Positions 50,636 through 60,252 of a DNA stretch of 64,000 nt are shown piece after piece. How positions within the stretch are numbered: position 1 is the first letter of the stretch; each line of letters begins with the position of its first letter. The stretch is from Candidatus Zhuqueibacterota bacterium (GTDB taxonomy: Bacteria; Zhuqueibacterota; Zhuqueibacteria; Residuimicrobiales; Krinioviventaceae). The position numbers were made by a program, and so were the translations under genes. Under the pieces are notes generated by a model. It was not told the origin of the DNA and did not search any database. It worked only from the letters and a program-made list of their open reading frames with translations. The stretch covers positions 33,108 through 97,107 of the forward strand of contig JAPDQV010000010.1 of assembly GCA_034505495.1 (NCBI GenBank), in the 5' to 3' direction.

Positions 50636-51622
50636 TTAATGATCCTTTTTTTCAAATCGTCTGACCTGTTTCCGCAACGGATCCAAGGCATAGATCCGGC
50701 CTTCCGCATCGACCGCCAAATCGATGCCGACCACGGCCTCATCGAACTTTTCCGGTCCCGCGACCAGAGCGAGGAACTCACCGTGCAGGCCATGAATTTT
50801 GATGCGCGGCAATCCCTTTTCCGAGGTGACGAACGATCCGTCCGGCAATAGGGCGATGTGCGAAGGATTACAGCAGCCGCTGAATCCGTCGAGCGCAAAC
50901 GAAGACCGGCTCCACGCCGTGCGCATGCGACCGTCCGGCGTATAGTTTTCGAACTGATGCTTGCCGGGATTGACGACCCACAGCGATCCGTCTTGGTCGA
51001 GGACAAGGTCGAAATAAAAACTGGGGATGATGAATCCCTGCGAGTCATCAGAGGTCGAGCGCCGATCGATTTTGCCCAACAGGTTTCCTTGGCGATCGAA
51101 CCGCCAGACGACCTTTTGCCCGGCATCGGCAACAAAGACCTGATCTTTACCTACGGCAATCGAGGTCAGCACCGCATCGACGCCCAAATCCTGCCATTGC
51201 GCCCGCACGACACCGACAGCATCGCGAATCTGGATCGATTCGCCGTGCCCCAGATAGAGATTTCCCTGCTCATCGAAAGCCAGGCAGCTGACCGGCCTAT
51301 CCGTGGGCCATTGGGCAAGCCGGCGGCCTTCCGTCGTCAATACGAGCACCATCCGATCGCCGGAAACCGCCAATCGGTTGTCGAAAAGGGCGATCGCAAA
51401 CGGCTGCTGCAGCGGCAGGACAATCGGCTCCAGCTCATTGTAAAGTGTCTGGTGAGCCTCGCTCCGGCGGTAGCGATCGAGCCGATATTCGAAAGGATTG
51501 TCCGACCGTTGCCGAGCATCATCGCGCACGGCAGTCAGGCCGAAATAGACGGCACCGGCTACTCCTACGGCAATCACGGCATAGGTGAAAAAGCGATCGC
51601 GTTTTGTTTTTGGAGCGCTCAT
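50636..51622 (-). CDS. Membrane-anchored NHL-repeat / six-bladed beta-propeller protein
   Basis: N-terminal TM (FFTYAVIAVGVAGAVYFGL). Repeated ~40-aa blades containing DxxGNLY/DxDGSLWV/DAEGRIYALD patterns, characteristic of NHL repeats. Confidence 0.55.
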   Translation of the reverse strand: MSAPKTKRDRFFTYAVIAVGVAGAVYFGLTAVRDDARQRSDNPFEYRLDRYRRSEAHQTLYNELEPIVLPLQQPFAIALFDNRLAVSGDRMVLVLTTEGRRLAQWPTDRPVSCLAFDEQGNLYLGHGESIQIRDAVGVVRAQWQDLGVDAVLTSIAVGKDQVFVADAGQKVVWRFDRQGNLLGKIDRRSTSDDSQGFIIPSFYFDLVLDQDGSLWVVNPGKHQFENYTPDGRMRTAWSRSSFALDGFSGCCNPSHIALLPDGSFVTSEKGLPRIKIHGLHGEFLALVAGPEKFDEAVVGIDLAVDAEGRIYALDPLRKQVRRFEKKDH

Positions 51623-51628
51623 TATCTT

Positions 51629-53050
51629 TTACTCTCGCAAATCCAAACAGATCAAACGACGCGAATCGCGGCAGAGGAGCCTGCCGTCAACCAGGGCCAT
51701 AGGGCCCCATGCATCGCTGCCGTTCAACACTTTTGCCCGCGCCAAAGGCTGAAATCCGGCCGTCGTCGCACGCGCCAGAGTCAATTCGCCCTCGTCGCTG
51801 AGGATCAAAAATTTGCCGTCGGCTATAAGGTAAGGGCCGAGACCGAAACGCCATTCTCCCTCGCTGCTCCACACGATTTTTTCCGGAGCGCTCGCATGGG
51901 CGCATACAAACCGATTGCGCCTGGTGCCGGCATCTTTCGGCAAAATCGAGAACAGACAGCCTTGAAAAAAAATCGGCGTTTGCTGTTCGGAACAGAGCCC
52001 CTGATCGGGTTTATAGGCCTGCAGCAGTTCAGCGGAAAATTCCTCGCCGTTGCGGCGGATCTGGAAAACGGCGGCGCCGTTGCCGTAACCGGCGGTAAAA
52101 AAGATGCGGCCGTCACCCAGATGAATCGGCGACGGAGCAATCACGTTCGGCGCCCAAGCAGCGGACGAAAAGAGCAATCGGCCGCGATCCTCCCTTTCGG
52201 CGGAAACGCCGACGACTCCGCCGATCGCGGCATAAACGTACATCCTTTTGCCGTGAATAGTCATGGGCATTACGGACGAATGAGACATTTTCCAACCGTT
52301 GGGATTGGGCGTCTGCCAAAGGATTTCGCCGCTGCGCAGGTCGACGCCGACCAAAAGGGCGCTGCCGCCGGTGCCCAGGATCACCTGACCGTCGTCGATC
52401 AGCGGGCACTGACCGGTATACCAGAGCGGCACTTCGGCCTTGAATTCGGAAGCAATGTCGAGTCCCCAGCGGAATTCGCCGCTGAACCGGTTGACGCACA
52501 TCACCTGACATTGCGGCCCGATGGTGACGACAAAGCTGTCGGCAATTGCGGGAACCGTGCGCGACATGCCGTGATTGCGTTTGGTGTAAATGTCGTAGCC
52601 GCGTTGCCACAGCTCGGTGCCGTCGGCAAAAGAGAAACAGCGCAGCAGATCACGCCGCTTTTCTTCATCATAATCCAGCACATAGACGCGGCCGTCCGCC
52701 ACCGCGGGTCCGGCGTGCCCTTCTCCCAAATCCACAGACCAAAGTACCTTGGGACCTCCCTCCGGCCAGCGTTCGGCCAACCGATAAGAGTCTCGGCTAA
52801 TGTTGTCGAATCGCTCGCCGCGAAAGCGCGGCCATGCGCCGGAAGCAGGCGGAACGATCGGATTCAGCAGTTGAAAAAAAGAACCAATGCGCACGCCGGC
52901 AGCCGCCTGCAGCTCCGCCGGTCGGCCGTCCATGCCCGGACGAAATTCTGTGAAATGAGCGGCCGGATCATAAAGCAACCAATAAGCCAAAGCAATGACG
53001 GAAGCCAGACTGAAGAAAAACGTGAGGAAATTTTGGATTCTTTTGCTCAT
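51629..53050 (-). CDS. Membrane-anchored PQQ-like beta-propeller repeat protein, paralog 4
   Basis: Start at the ATG at 53048-53050 (MSKRIQNFLTFFFSLASVIALAYWLL TM anchor). AWPRFRGERFDN motif; blades with DGTELW, RSGEILW, DGRLLC. Confidence 0.7.
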   Translation of the reverse strand: MSKRIQNFLTFFFSLASVIALAYWLLYDPAAHFTEFRPGMDGRPAELQAAAGVRIGSFFQLLNPIVPPASGAWPRFRGERFDNISRDSYRLAERWPEGGPKVLWSVDLGEGHAGPAVADGRVYVLDYDEEKRRDLLRCFSFADGTELWQRGYDIYTKRNHGMSRTVPAIADSFVVTIGPQCQVMCVNRFSGEFRWGLDIASEFKAEVPLWYTGQCPLIDDGQVILGTGGSALLVGVDLRSGEILWQTPNPNGWKMSHSSVMPMTIHGKRMYVYAAIGGVVGVSAEREDRGRLLFSSAAWAPNVIAPSPIHLGDGRIFFTAGYGNGAAVFQIRRNGEEFSAELLQAYKPDQGLCSEQQTPIFFQGCLFSILPKDAGTRRNRFVCAHASAPEKIVWSSEGEWRFGLGPYLIADGKFLILSDEGELTLARATTAGFQPLARAKVLNGSDAWGPMALVDGRLLCRDSRRLICLDLRE

Positions 53051-53166
53051 GGCCGGAGCTGGTTTTCCTGGAATTTGAAAAAACGGCAAGGGCTACCGAC
53101 AGAAAATCTCCGATGCACTGTTTATAAGCCGGACGGGCTGCCAGGCTGTCCCGCCGGCATGAATCT

Positions 53167-54375
53167 CTATTGGGGTCGGCTGAGATCGTAGACCAACATT
53201 ACCTCTCCATGTCGAATGTAGAGGCGGCCGTTTTTGATCACCGGGTGCGCCCAATGCGGGCCTGAACCTTGTTTGATCTTGAATGTGCTGATCAACCGAA
53301 AGGTTTTGGGATCTGGTTTGATCAACGACACGGCGCCGTTTTCACTATACGCATAGATCATACCGTCGGCCGTGATGACGGCGGCGCGACGGACGAGCGT
53401 GCGATCATCAAACCCGACGGCACCGGTACGCCAATCCAGCGCCGTAAACCCGCCGTTGGAATAACCGGCGCCGTAGATGAAACCGTCGATCAGGACATAA
53501 TGACCGATTAAAGCGTCAAGCCGGTCGCTTTGCCATACTGGACGAACCGTTCTGCCGTCCGCCGAAATCTGCAGCAAAGCGCCGGTTCCGGTTTCGCCGC
53601 TATGGAAAAAGACGGCACCGTCATGGTAGATCGGCGTGTTGGCGTGAATGTCGTAGGGCGCCGTATGAGGATAACGCCACAACAACTCGCCGCTCTGTGC
53701 ATGCACGCCGATGATCGATTTCTGCAGGGCAGTAATCAGCATGGGGATGCCGTTATGCTTGACAAGGATCGGCGAGCAGTAGGAAGAGGATTCGCCGTTG
53801 CCTGCACACGTCCACAAAGTTTTGCCGCTCCACCGATCCAAGGCCGCCATGGCGGTTTTGCCGCCGGGCGTACAATAGATTGTGCCCCCGTCCACCAAAA
53901 GCTGCTCGGCAATGCCCCACTCGACCTCTATGCCGCCGAAACGTTTGTAAAGATCGGCGCTCCATATTTTTTCGCCGTCCAATGAAAGACAATAGAGGAC
54001 ACCTTGACCGCTCAACAAATAGAGACGATCGTTCGTCACCACCGGCGTGGATCGGGTGCCGGGGTAATTGCGCGTCCATTCCGGGCCATAGTCCTTTTCC
54101 CACAGCTTTTTGCCCTGCAGATCAAAGGCGAACAGGCGACCGACGCCGTCGAACTGGCCGGTCACATAAACGCGCTGCTCGGTGACTGCGGCGGATGTAT
54201 AGCCTTGTCCAAGACCATCCGCCTGCCAAAGCAGTTTCGGTCCTCCTTCCGGCCATACAGTCAGCAAAGATTCGTCGGGATAATGGCCGTCCCGTTTGGG
54301 GCCGCGCCATTGCGACAAGACTTGAGCGCCTGCCGCGGCGGCCAGAAGAAAGACGAGGAAAAGGCCTTTATTCAT
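53167..54375 (-). CDS. Secreted PQQ-like beta-propeller repeat protein, paralog 5
   Basis: Start at the ATG at 54373-54375 (MNKGLFLVFLLAAAAGAQVLSQWRGPKRDG). ~45% identical over its length to paralogs 6 and 7 (LWEKDYGPEW / LWKTIYGKEW / RWKTALSGQW). Confidence 0.75.
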   Translation of the reverse strand: MNKGLFLVFLLAAAAGAQVLSQWRGPKRDGHYPDESLLTVWPEGGPKLLWQADGLGQGYTSAAVTEQRVYVTGQFDGVGRLFAFDLQGKKLWEKDYGPEWTRNYPGTRSTPVVTNDRLYLLSGQGVLYCLSLDGEKIWSADLYKRFGGIEVEWGIAEQLLVDGGTIYCTPGGKTAMAALDRWSGKTLWTCAGNGESSSYCSPILVKHNGIPMLITALQKSIIGVHAQSGELLWRYPHTAPYDIHANTPIYHDGAVFFHSGETGTGALLQISADGRTVRPVWQSDRLDALIGHYVLIDGFIYGAGYSNGGFTALDWRTGAVGFDDRTLVRRAAVITADGMIYAYSENGAVSLIKPDPKTFRLISTFKIKQGSGPHWAHPVIKNGRLYIRHGEVMLVYDLSRPQ

Positions 54376-54388
54376 ATTTTCTCCAAGG

Positions 54389-55597
54389 TTACTTGGAAAT
54401 ATCGTAAACGAGCAAAACGTCGCCATGCCGAATATAGAGACGGCCGGCGTGGATGACCGGATGCGCCCAATGGGGACCGCTGCCCTCGGTAATGGAAAAG
54501 GCGCTGACCGGTTCGAATTTCTGCGGATTCGGCCTGACCAACACCACATCGCCTCGCTCGCTGTAGAGGTAGAGAAGACCGTCTGCAGCGATCAGCGGTC
54601 CTTTACCGCCGTACTCACGCGCAGTCCACATCAGTTTGCCGGTCTTGGCGTCCAAACAGGCCCAACCGCGGCTATTATGGCCTGAACTGTAAATGAAATC
54701 ACCGATCCATACCGCGCCGGCCATTTGGCTGTCCGGCGCTTTGGCGGTAAAAAGCTGCTTGACTTTACTGCCTTCCGGCGACAACTCGAGCATCTGCCCG
54801 CCCGTTCCATAGCCGCTGAGCGCAAATACCCGACCTTCGGAATAAAGCGGTGTGTTGGGATTCACGTCCCAACTTGTGATGTGCGGTTGACGCCAAAGCA
54901 GCTCGCCGCTTTCGGCGTCGACACCGATAACCGACTTTTGCGTCATGGTCAGGATCAGAGAGCGATTGCCGTGCTTGACCAACAGCGGCGAGCAATAAGC
55001 CGACAGCTCACCGTTGCCTTTGCACTGCCAGACGGTTTTGCCGGTGTGGCGGTCAAGGGCCGCCATCAGCACCGATACACCGCCGGGGGTGCAGATCATC
55101 CGGTCGCCGTCGATGAGCGGTGATTCCGCCATGCCCCATTCCGGCAGTCGGCCGCCGAAGGTTTTGAGCAGATCGACGCTCCACACCACCTTACCGGATG
55201 TCGTGAGACAAACCGCCGTCCCCACGCCGCTTATCAGATAGATGCGATCGTCGACGACGGTCGGTGTACTGCGCGCCCCCTCATGACCGCCGCTCCATTC
55301 CTTGCCGTAGATAGTTTTCCACAGCAGCTTTCCCTGATGATCCAACGCAAATAGAATTCCATTCTCGCCCACCAGCGAAGTTACGTAAACCGCCTGCGAA
55401 GTGACGGCCGGGGAAGAATAGCCGATGCCCAAGCCGGAAGCAGACCACACCTTTTGCGGTCCGCCGGCAGGCCAGGCGCTTATGAGGTTCTGTTCCGGGT
55501 ATTTGCCATCCCTCTGCGGTCCGCGCCATTGCGAAAGGACCTCGGCATGGAGATTAAAACAAAGGATCAATAAAAGAAAAAGCAAACTCTTTTTCAT
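54389..55597 (-). CDS. Secreted PQQ-like beta-propeller repeat protein, paralog 6
   Basis: MKKSLLFLLLILCFNLHAEVLSQWRGPQRDG. ATGA overlap with the stop of paralog 7. Confidence 0.75.
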   Translation of the reverse strand: MKKSLLFLLLILCFNLHAEVLSQWRGPQRDGKYPEQNLISAWPAGGPQKVWSASGLGIGYSSPAVTSQAVYVTSLVGENGILFALDHQGKLLWKTIYGKEWSGGHEGARSTPTVVDDRIYLISGVGTAVCLTTSGKVVWSVDLLKTFGGRLPEWGMAESPLIDGDRMICTPGGVSVLMAALDRHTGKTVWQCKGNGELSAYCSPLLVKHGNRSLILTMTQKSVIGVDAESGELLWRQPHITSWDVNPNTPLYSEGRVFALSGYGTGGQMLELSPEGSKVKQLFTAKAPDSQMAGAVWIGDFIYSSGHNSRGWACLDAKTGKLMWTAREYGGKGPLIAADGLLYLYSERGDVVLVRPNPQKFEPVSAFSITEGSGPHWAHPVIHAGRLYIRHGDVLLVYDISK

Positions 55598-56862
55598 TCT
55601 AACCTCTCATTTTTGGTTGCGCTGCACAAGCTGGTACAGACATCGTAAACCAAAAGGGCATTGCCGCGGCGAATGTACAACCGGCCGTCGGCAAGCGAAG
55701 GATGCGCCCAATGCTGCCCTGAACCGGCCGTGATCGCAAATGAACTGATCAATTCGAATTGCTTGGGATTGGGTCTGACCAAGCCGACACGACCTTCCTT
55801 TTCCGTGTAAAGATAGAGCATGCCGTCGGCAAAAATGATTGAGCCTTTGTTGATCCAGTGATGTTCCCAGAGCACTTTGCCCGATTTCAAGTCCAAGGCG
55901 ATCCATTTGCCGTTCGTATTGCCCTCCCAGCTTGCCCCGTAGATGACGCCGTTGACAACGACCACACCGCCGATGTGGACATCAAGCGTTTTGTCGGTCC
56001 ACAGCCGCTTGAGGGTCAGGCCGTCCGGTGAAATTTCATAGAGCGCCCCGCCGTCGTCATAACCGCTGGTCGCATAGAGCAATCCGTCGACGTAAACCGG
56101 GCTCACCGGATTGATGTCTTTGGGGCTATCTTGATAGGCCGAAAAGGCGTCTTTCCACAGCAATTTGCCGTCCAAAGCATCGACCCCGACGAGATAATGC
56201 TGCAGCATGGTGACGATGATCTTGCGGCCGCCGCGTTCCACCAGAATCGGCGAACAGTAGTTGGCCGTCTCTTCTTCGATTTTTGTCGTCCAAATAATGC
56301 GTCCGCTCATTTTATCCAGAGCAGCCATCGTTGCAAGTGCGCCGCCGGGTGTTACGATGACTTTATCATCAACGATCAGCGGTGACTCTGAAATGCCCCA
56401 TTTGTGATATTTTCCGCCAAATTTTTCCATAGCCTGAAGCCGCCACCGGATTTTGCCGTCCTTTGCGTTTACACAGGCAATTTCACCCATGCCGGTTATT
56501 GCATATACACGATCATCGTCCACGGTCGGCGTAGTGCGCGGCCCCGGATAGGAACGATCCCATTGCCCGGAAAGTGCAGTCTTCCAGCGAAGCCTGCCCT
56601 GCAGATTAAAGGCAAACAATGTTTCGACGCCCTTTTCCTCGCCAATAATGTAAACAGACCCCTTGGCGATTGCAGCAGAGCCGTAACCGGATCCGAGGTT
56701 CTCGACTGACCATAAAAGCCTTGGACCGTCTTCCGGCCATTGCTGGAGCAGACCGCTCTCCAAAGAGATGCCGTTGCGGAATGGGCCGCGGAACTGCGGC
56801 CAATCGGCGCTGTATAGACAAGTTGAAAATATAATTAAAATGAGTGTGGTTGTTTTTTGCAT
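55594..56862 (-). CDS. Secreted PQQ-like beta-propeller repeat protein, paralog 7
   Basis: MQKTTTLILIIFSTCLYSADWPQFRGPFRNG; the same blade pattern as paralogs 5 and 6. Confidence 0.75.
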   Translation of the reverse strand: MQKTTTLILIIFSTCLYSADWPQFRGPFRNGISLESGLLQQWPEDGPRLLWSVENLGSGYGSAAIAKGSVYIIGEEKGVETLFAFNLQGRLRWKTALSGQWDRSYPGPRTTPTVDDDRVYAITGMGEIACVNAKDGKIRWRLQAMEKFGGKYHKWGISESPLIVDDKVIVTPGGALATMAALDKMSGRIIWTTKIEEETANYCSPILVERGGRKIIVTMLQHYLVGVDALDGKLLWKDAFSAYQDSPKDINPVSPVYVDGLLYATSGYDDGGALYEISPDGLTLKRLWTDKTLDVHIGGVVVVNGVIYGASWEGNTNGKWIALDLKSGKVLWEHHWINKGSIIFADGMLYLYTEKEGRVGLVRPNPKQFELISSFAITAGSGQHWAHPSLADGRLYIRRGNALLVYDVCTSLCSATKNERLE

Positions 56863-56996
56863 GCCGTTCCTTTACGCGAGATTGTAACAATTCTAAGGAA
56901 TGTAATTCAGCGGGACCTTGCAGCCAAGTCAACAATTGTCAATCCGGGCAACAGAACGGCAAAAAACAGTTGAGCAAGGACGGTTTTCAGTTTGCG

Positions 56997-58427
56997 CTAA
57001 AGAACTGTCGGCAAGCGAAAGGGCTCTCGGTAGATCCTGTCAAGAAACATGTCGGCTTCGTAACTCATATCGCCGATGAATTCATGTTTCACCGGATCGA
57101 AAGTGAGAACTGCGCCGAGGCGCAGAGGTTCTTTTTCCAAATCGACTCCATTGGCCGCGACATGCGCCTCTATGCTTTCGAGGCGTTCGAGAGCCTGGGG
57201 GCAGTTCTGCAATGCGGTTTTGGCTTGAGCAAAAGTCGAGCGGCGCCCTAACCGCCAGCTGATGTTGGCCACATGTGCAGCTAGCGCTGAAAAATGTCCT
57301 TCCTCGGCTTCGGAGTGCAAAAGCGAGCGGTCGCGTTTGCGCACCGCCTCGATAAAGTTGGCCGCATGTCCTTCGCCGCCGTCGCCGGGGAACTGCTTGA
57401 TGCGCTTGCCGCTGCGGTCATACACCCAGCCGCCGCCGCGACCGCCGGCAAAGTAACCGTTCTCGCACATGATAATTTCGCCTGCACGCACCCCAAGTAC
57501 ATGATCCTCAACCGTGCTGCCCTTGCTCACCGGCAAATTGCGGATTTCGATGATCAAAGGAATGTCGTATTCGAACCAGGCGAGCTGCGTGTTCGGCGTC
57601 TGTCCGTCATCGTCGAAATTCCAGCGCGCCCCCAAAGAGACGACGCGGCGCGGCGCACCAACCAAGTCGCAAAGAAAACGGCAATCGTCGATTTGATGTA
57701 CGCCCAGGTTGGCCATGTCGCCGTTGCCGGTTTCCCAAAACCAATGCCAGTCGTAATGAAGATTCTGCCGCATTAGCGGCTGCAGCGGCGCCGGGCCGCA
57801 CCAAAGGTCATAATCGACCTCAGGCGGAATCGGCACCGGACCATCGGTCTTGCCGATCGGGTCGCGACGCTTGAACCACAAGCCGTGCGCCCAAAGAATT
57901 CTTCCAAGTCGGCCTTCTTTGAGATAATCTTTAACCGCCCGCAGACAGATATCGGAGCGGTTCTGCATACCCGACTGCACAATGCGGTTGTATTTTCGGG
58001 CGGCCTGAACCAACTTTTGCCCTTCGCGAATGTTGTGAGAAACGGGCTTTTCGACATAGACATCTTTGCCGCTCTGCATGGCCCAGACGGCGGCCAGCGT
58101 GTGCCAATGGTTGGGCGTGGCGATCACCACCGCATCAATGTCGACGGCGTCGAACAGTCGCCGCATATCGCGATAGAGCGCCGGTCTTTCCCCCTGCTGA
58201 TGCAGCTTTGCCGCTTCACGATTCAAAATCGACTGGTCTACATCGCATAGGGCTGCAACGCGCACGCCTGCAAGCTTGCGAAACCATACGATATGGTCCG
58301 CACCTTTACTGTTGAGACCAATGATGCCGACCCGCACCGTGTCGTTGGCCCCCAGCACCCTTCCATAGGAAAAAGCACTCAAAGCTGCAGCCGCTGCCCC
58401 CGTTTTGAGAAAAGATCTCCTCGTCAT
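56997..58427 (-). CDS. Tat-exported Gfo/Idh/MocA-family oxidoreductase (second copy)
   Basis: MTRRSFLKTGAAAAALSAFS twin-arginine signal (ATG at 58425-58427; the track's upstream TTG start is unlikely). Rossmann IGLNSKGADH and the EKP motif (VYVEKPVSH) of the family. Confidence 0.85.
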   Translation of the reverse strand: MTRRSFLKTGAAAAALSAFSYGRVLGANDTVRVGIIGLNSKGADHIVWFRKLAGVRVAALCDVDQSILNREAAKLHQQGERPALYRDMRRLFDAVDIDAVVIATPNHWHTLAAVWAMQSGKDVYVEKPVSHNIREGQKLVQAARKYNRIVQSGMQNRSDICLRAVKDYLKEGRLGRILWAHGLWFKRRDPIGKTDGPVPIPPEVDYDLWCGPAPLQPLMRQNLHYDWHWFWETGNGDMANLGVHQIDDCRFLCDLVGAPRRVVSLGARWNFDDDGQTPNTQLAWFEYDIPLIIEIRNLPVSKGSTVEDHVLGVRAGEIIMCENGYFAGGRGGGWVYDRSGKRIKQFPGDGGEGHAANFIEAVRKRDRSLLHSEAEEGHFSALAAHVANISWRLGRRSTFAQAKTALQNCPQALERLESIEAHVAANGVDLEKEPLRLGAVLTFDPVKHEFIGDMSYEADMFLDRIYREPFRLPTVL

Positions 58428-58494
58428 CGCGAACCATCCTTGCAAAGAGTTAGGATTTCAGCGTAATGTAAAACGTCACGGATCATAATTGATG

Positions 58495-60246
58495 CTATCG
58501 TAGAAGAACAAATTTCTGCGGACGAACCGCCTGATCGGCCTGGATAAACACCATATACACACCCGACGGCAAGGGTTCATCGTCGTTGCTTCTTCCGTCC
58601 CACCAAAAGCTAAAATCGCCGCATTTCTGAGAGTCCAAGCGGACATCGGCACGATACACCGAACGGCCGTTTTCGTCCAAGATGAACCACGAGAACTCGC
58701 GCACCCGCTCGACCAGTCGCACGTCGATGCGTATCTTTTCATCGTGGCGATCGGGCACAAAAGGATTGGGAGAAATCTTGCGAACCTCGGCTTGGAGCGT
58801 GCTGGTCTTGCCGAATGTCAGCTGATACTGATAGCTCTCCTTTACCCTCAAGTCGTTTACCGGAATACCGACATTGGTCGTGATGACCATAATCTCGGAG
58901 GAGGCACTCAGATCAGCAATCATCGAAGCCTCATTTCCTACACCGCCGTGGATTTCCGCCGGCAGATTGACCGTCTTGGAAATGATCGCGTAGCGCCAGC
59001 GATGCGGCGAGGCGAACTGCGGCTGTACGCTTAGGTCGCCAAAATTCTGAACATTGACCCGCACGTAGCGGCCGCTCAACAACTGCGTCTCATCGCTGAA
59101 GGAAAGGGTCTGCTGCAGGTCCTGCGTCAGGTTCGGTTTGAGTTCGGGATAATCGGCGCCTTCCGAATAGTATTGTACGGTGTCGGCGCGGCTGCCGGTA
59201 AAATAGTTCCACACCAAGTGGTCCATGAGTTCGTTTGCCAAGCTGCTGTTCCGTCGCTGCAGAACTTGATCTATCGCATCATAAAGCTCTTCGCCGGCAA
59301 ATTTCTCCCACAGATTTCGCACGATCGACCTTTCATACTTTTTTTCGAGCATGTGCAAGAAGAGCGCAGTTCCATATTCATGAATGCCGTTGAAGGTATA
59401 GATTCCTTCATCCAAATGATTGAGATAATGCGGCAGATACTGCAAATAGTCGTTGATCTCATCATAAGCGACGTCCTCCATCCACGAGGCGCAGGCTTCA
59501 TAGAACCAACGGGTGTCCAGGCGGGTGGAGGTAAAGGTGCGCATGCCGAGCTGTACCATGTGAAAAAATTCGTGCGCCGCCGTCACCTTCATGCCGTCGA
59601 TGCCTTTGGTGTAGGTGTTGATGAAATCATTATCGATCTGCACAAAACTGGTGTAACCGTAGGGAAAGTCCGCCGATCCGCTCGGTTCCTCAGGCGTCGA
59701 AAAACCGTAATCGCCGATGTTGTGGATATAGACATCGTATTCCGGGCCGTCGACGGGATCGGGTGGCGGCGCCGGATAACCCAATTCCTCGACGATCAGA
59801 TAATAAGCCCGATCAAAGGCTTCGGCTGCCTGGATCAGAAAGGCATCGGCAACCGCATCCGGCCCTTCGAGCGCGTAATGCAGGCGAAATTTTTTCGAAG
59901 CCGATAATCTGCTGAACGGCAGCTGGATCGGCCGGCTGAGCGCCTGCTGCAAGAGCCGTTGATCCTCCCCCGCCGCCGTCGTCAAAAGCTGCCTTGCCCT
60001 CATGGCCAGCCCGGTCCCAAGGCGCACGATCGGCTGCTCCGTAGCGCGATAAGCTTCCGGCAGCGCTTCCGACCGCCGAATTGCAAGCAGTTGATAGGCA
60101 GTATACTGAGCCTCCGTCAAGTACCCCTGCCGATAATCGGCTTCGAGAGCTTCATAGACCGTAGGCTGTTTCGGTTCGGATCGCCCATCCGTACTGAGCA
60201 CGAGCAGGCCGAAAACAATCAAAAGACTGGAGCGTAGTGCGTTCAT
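58495..60246 (-). CDS. Secreted HExxH zinc-metallopeptidase-like protein with T9SS C-terminal domain
   Basis: Signal peptide MNALRSSLLIVFGLLVLS. HEFFHMVQ zinc-binding motif. C-terminal ISPNPFVPDRHDEKIRIDV...GVYMVFIQADQAVRPQKFVLLR is Por_Secre_tail-like. Confidence 0.55.
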   Translation of the reverse strand: MNALRSSLLIVFGLLVLSTDGRSEPKQPTVYEALEADYRQGYLTEAQYTAYQLLAIRRSEALPEAYRATEQPIVRLGTGLAMRARQLLTTAAGEDQRLLQQALSRPIQLPFSRLSASKKFRLHYALEGPDAVADAFLIQAAEAFDRAYYLIVEELGYPAPPPDPVDGPEYDVYIHNIGDYGFSTPEEPSGSADFPYGYTSFVQIDNDFINTYTKGIDGMKVTAAHEFFHMVQLGMRTFTSTRLDTRWFYEACASWMEDVAYDEINDYLQYLPHYLNHLDEGIYTFNGIHEYGTALFLHMLEKKYERSIVRNLWEKFAGEELYDAIDQVLQRRNSSLANELMDHLVWNYFTGSRADTVQYYSEGADYPELKPNLTQDLQQTLSFSDETQLLSGRYVRVNVQNFGDLSVQPQFASPHRWRYAIISKTVNLPAEIHGGVGNEASMIADLSASSEIMVITTNVGIPVNDLRVKESYQYQLTFGKTSTLQAEVRKISPNPFVPDRHDEKIRIDVRLVERVREFSWFILDENGRSVYRADVRLDSQKCGDFSFWWDGRSNDDEPLPSGVYMVFIQADQAVRPQKFVLLR

Positions 60247-60252
60247 AAGTCA

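Noticed and set aside
58476-58760. 94-aa minus-strand ORF overlapping the C-terminus of the HExxH protein gene
   Set aside because: It lies in an alternative frame of the same strand within the confidently called 58495-60246 gene's T9SS tail region; the translation is Cys/Arg/Trp-rich noise.
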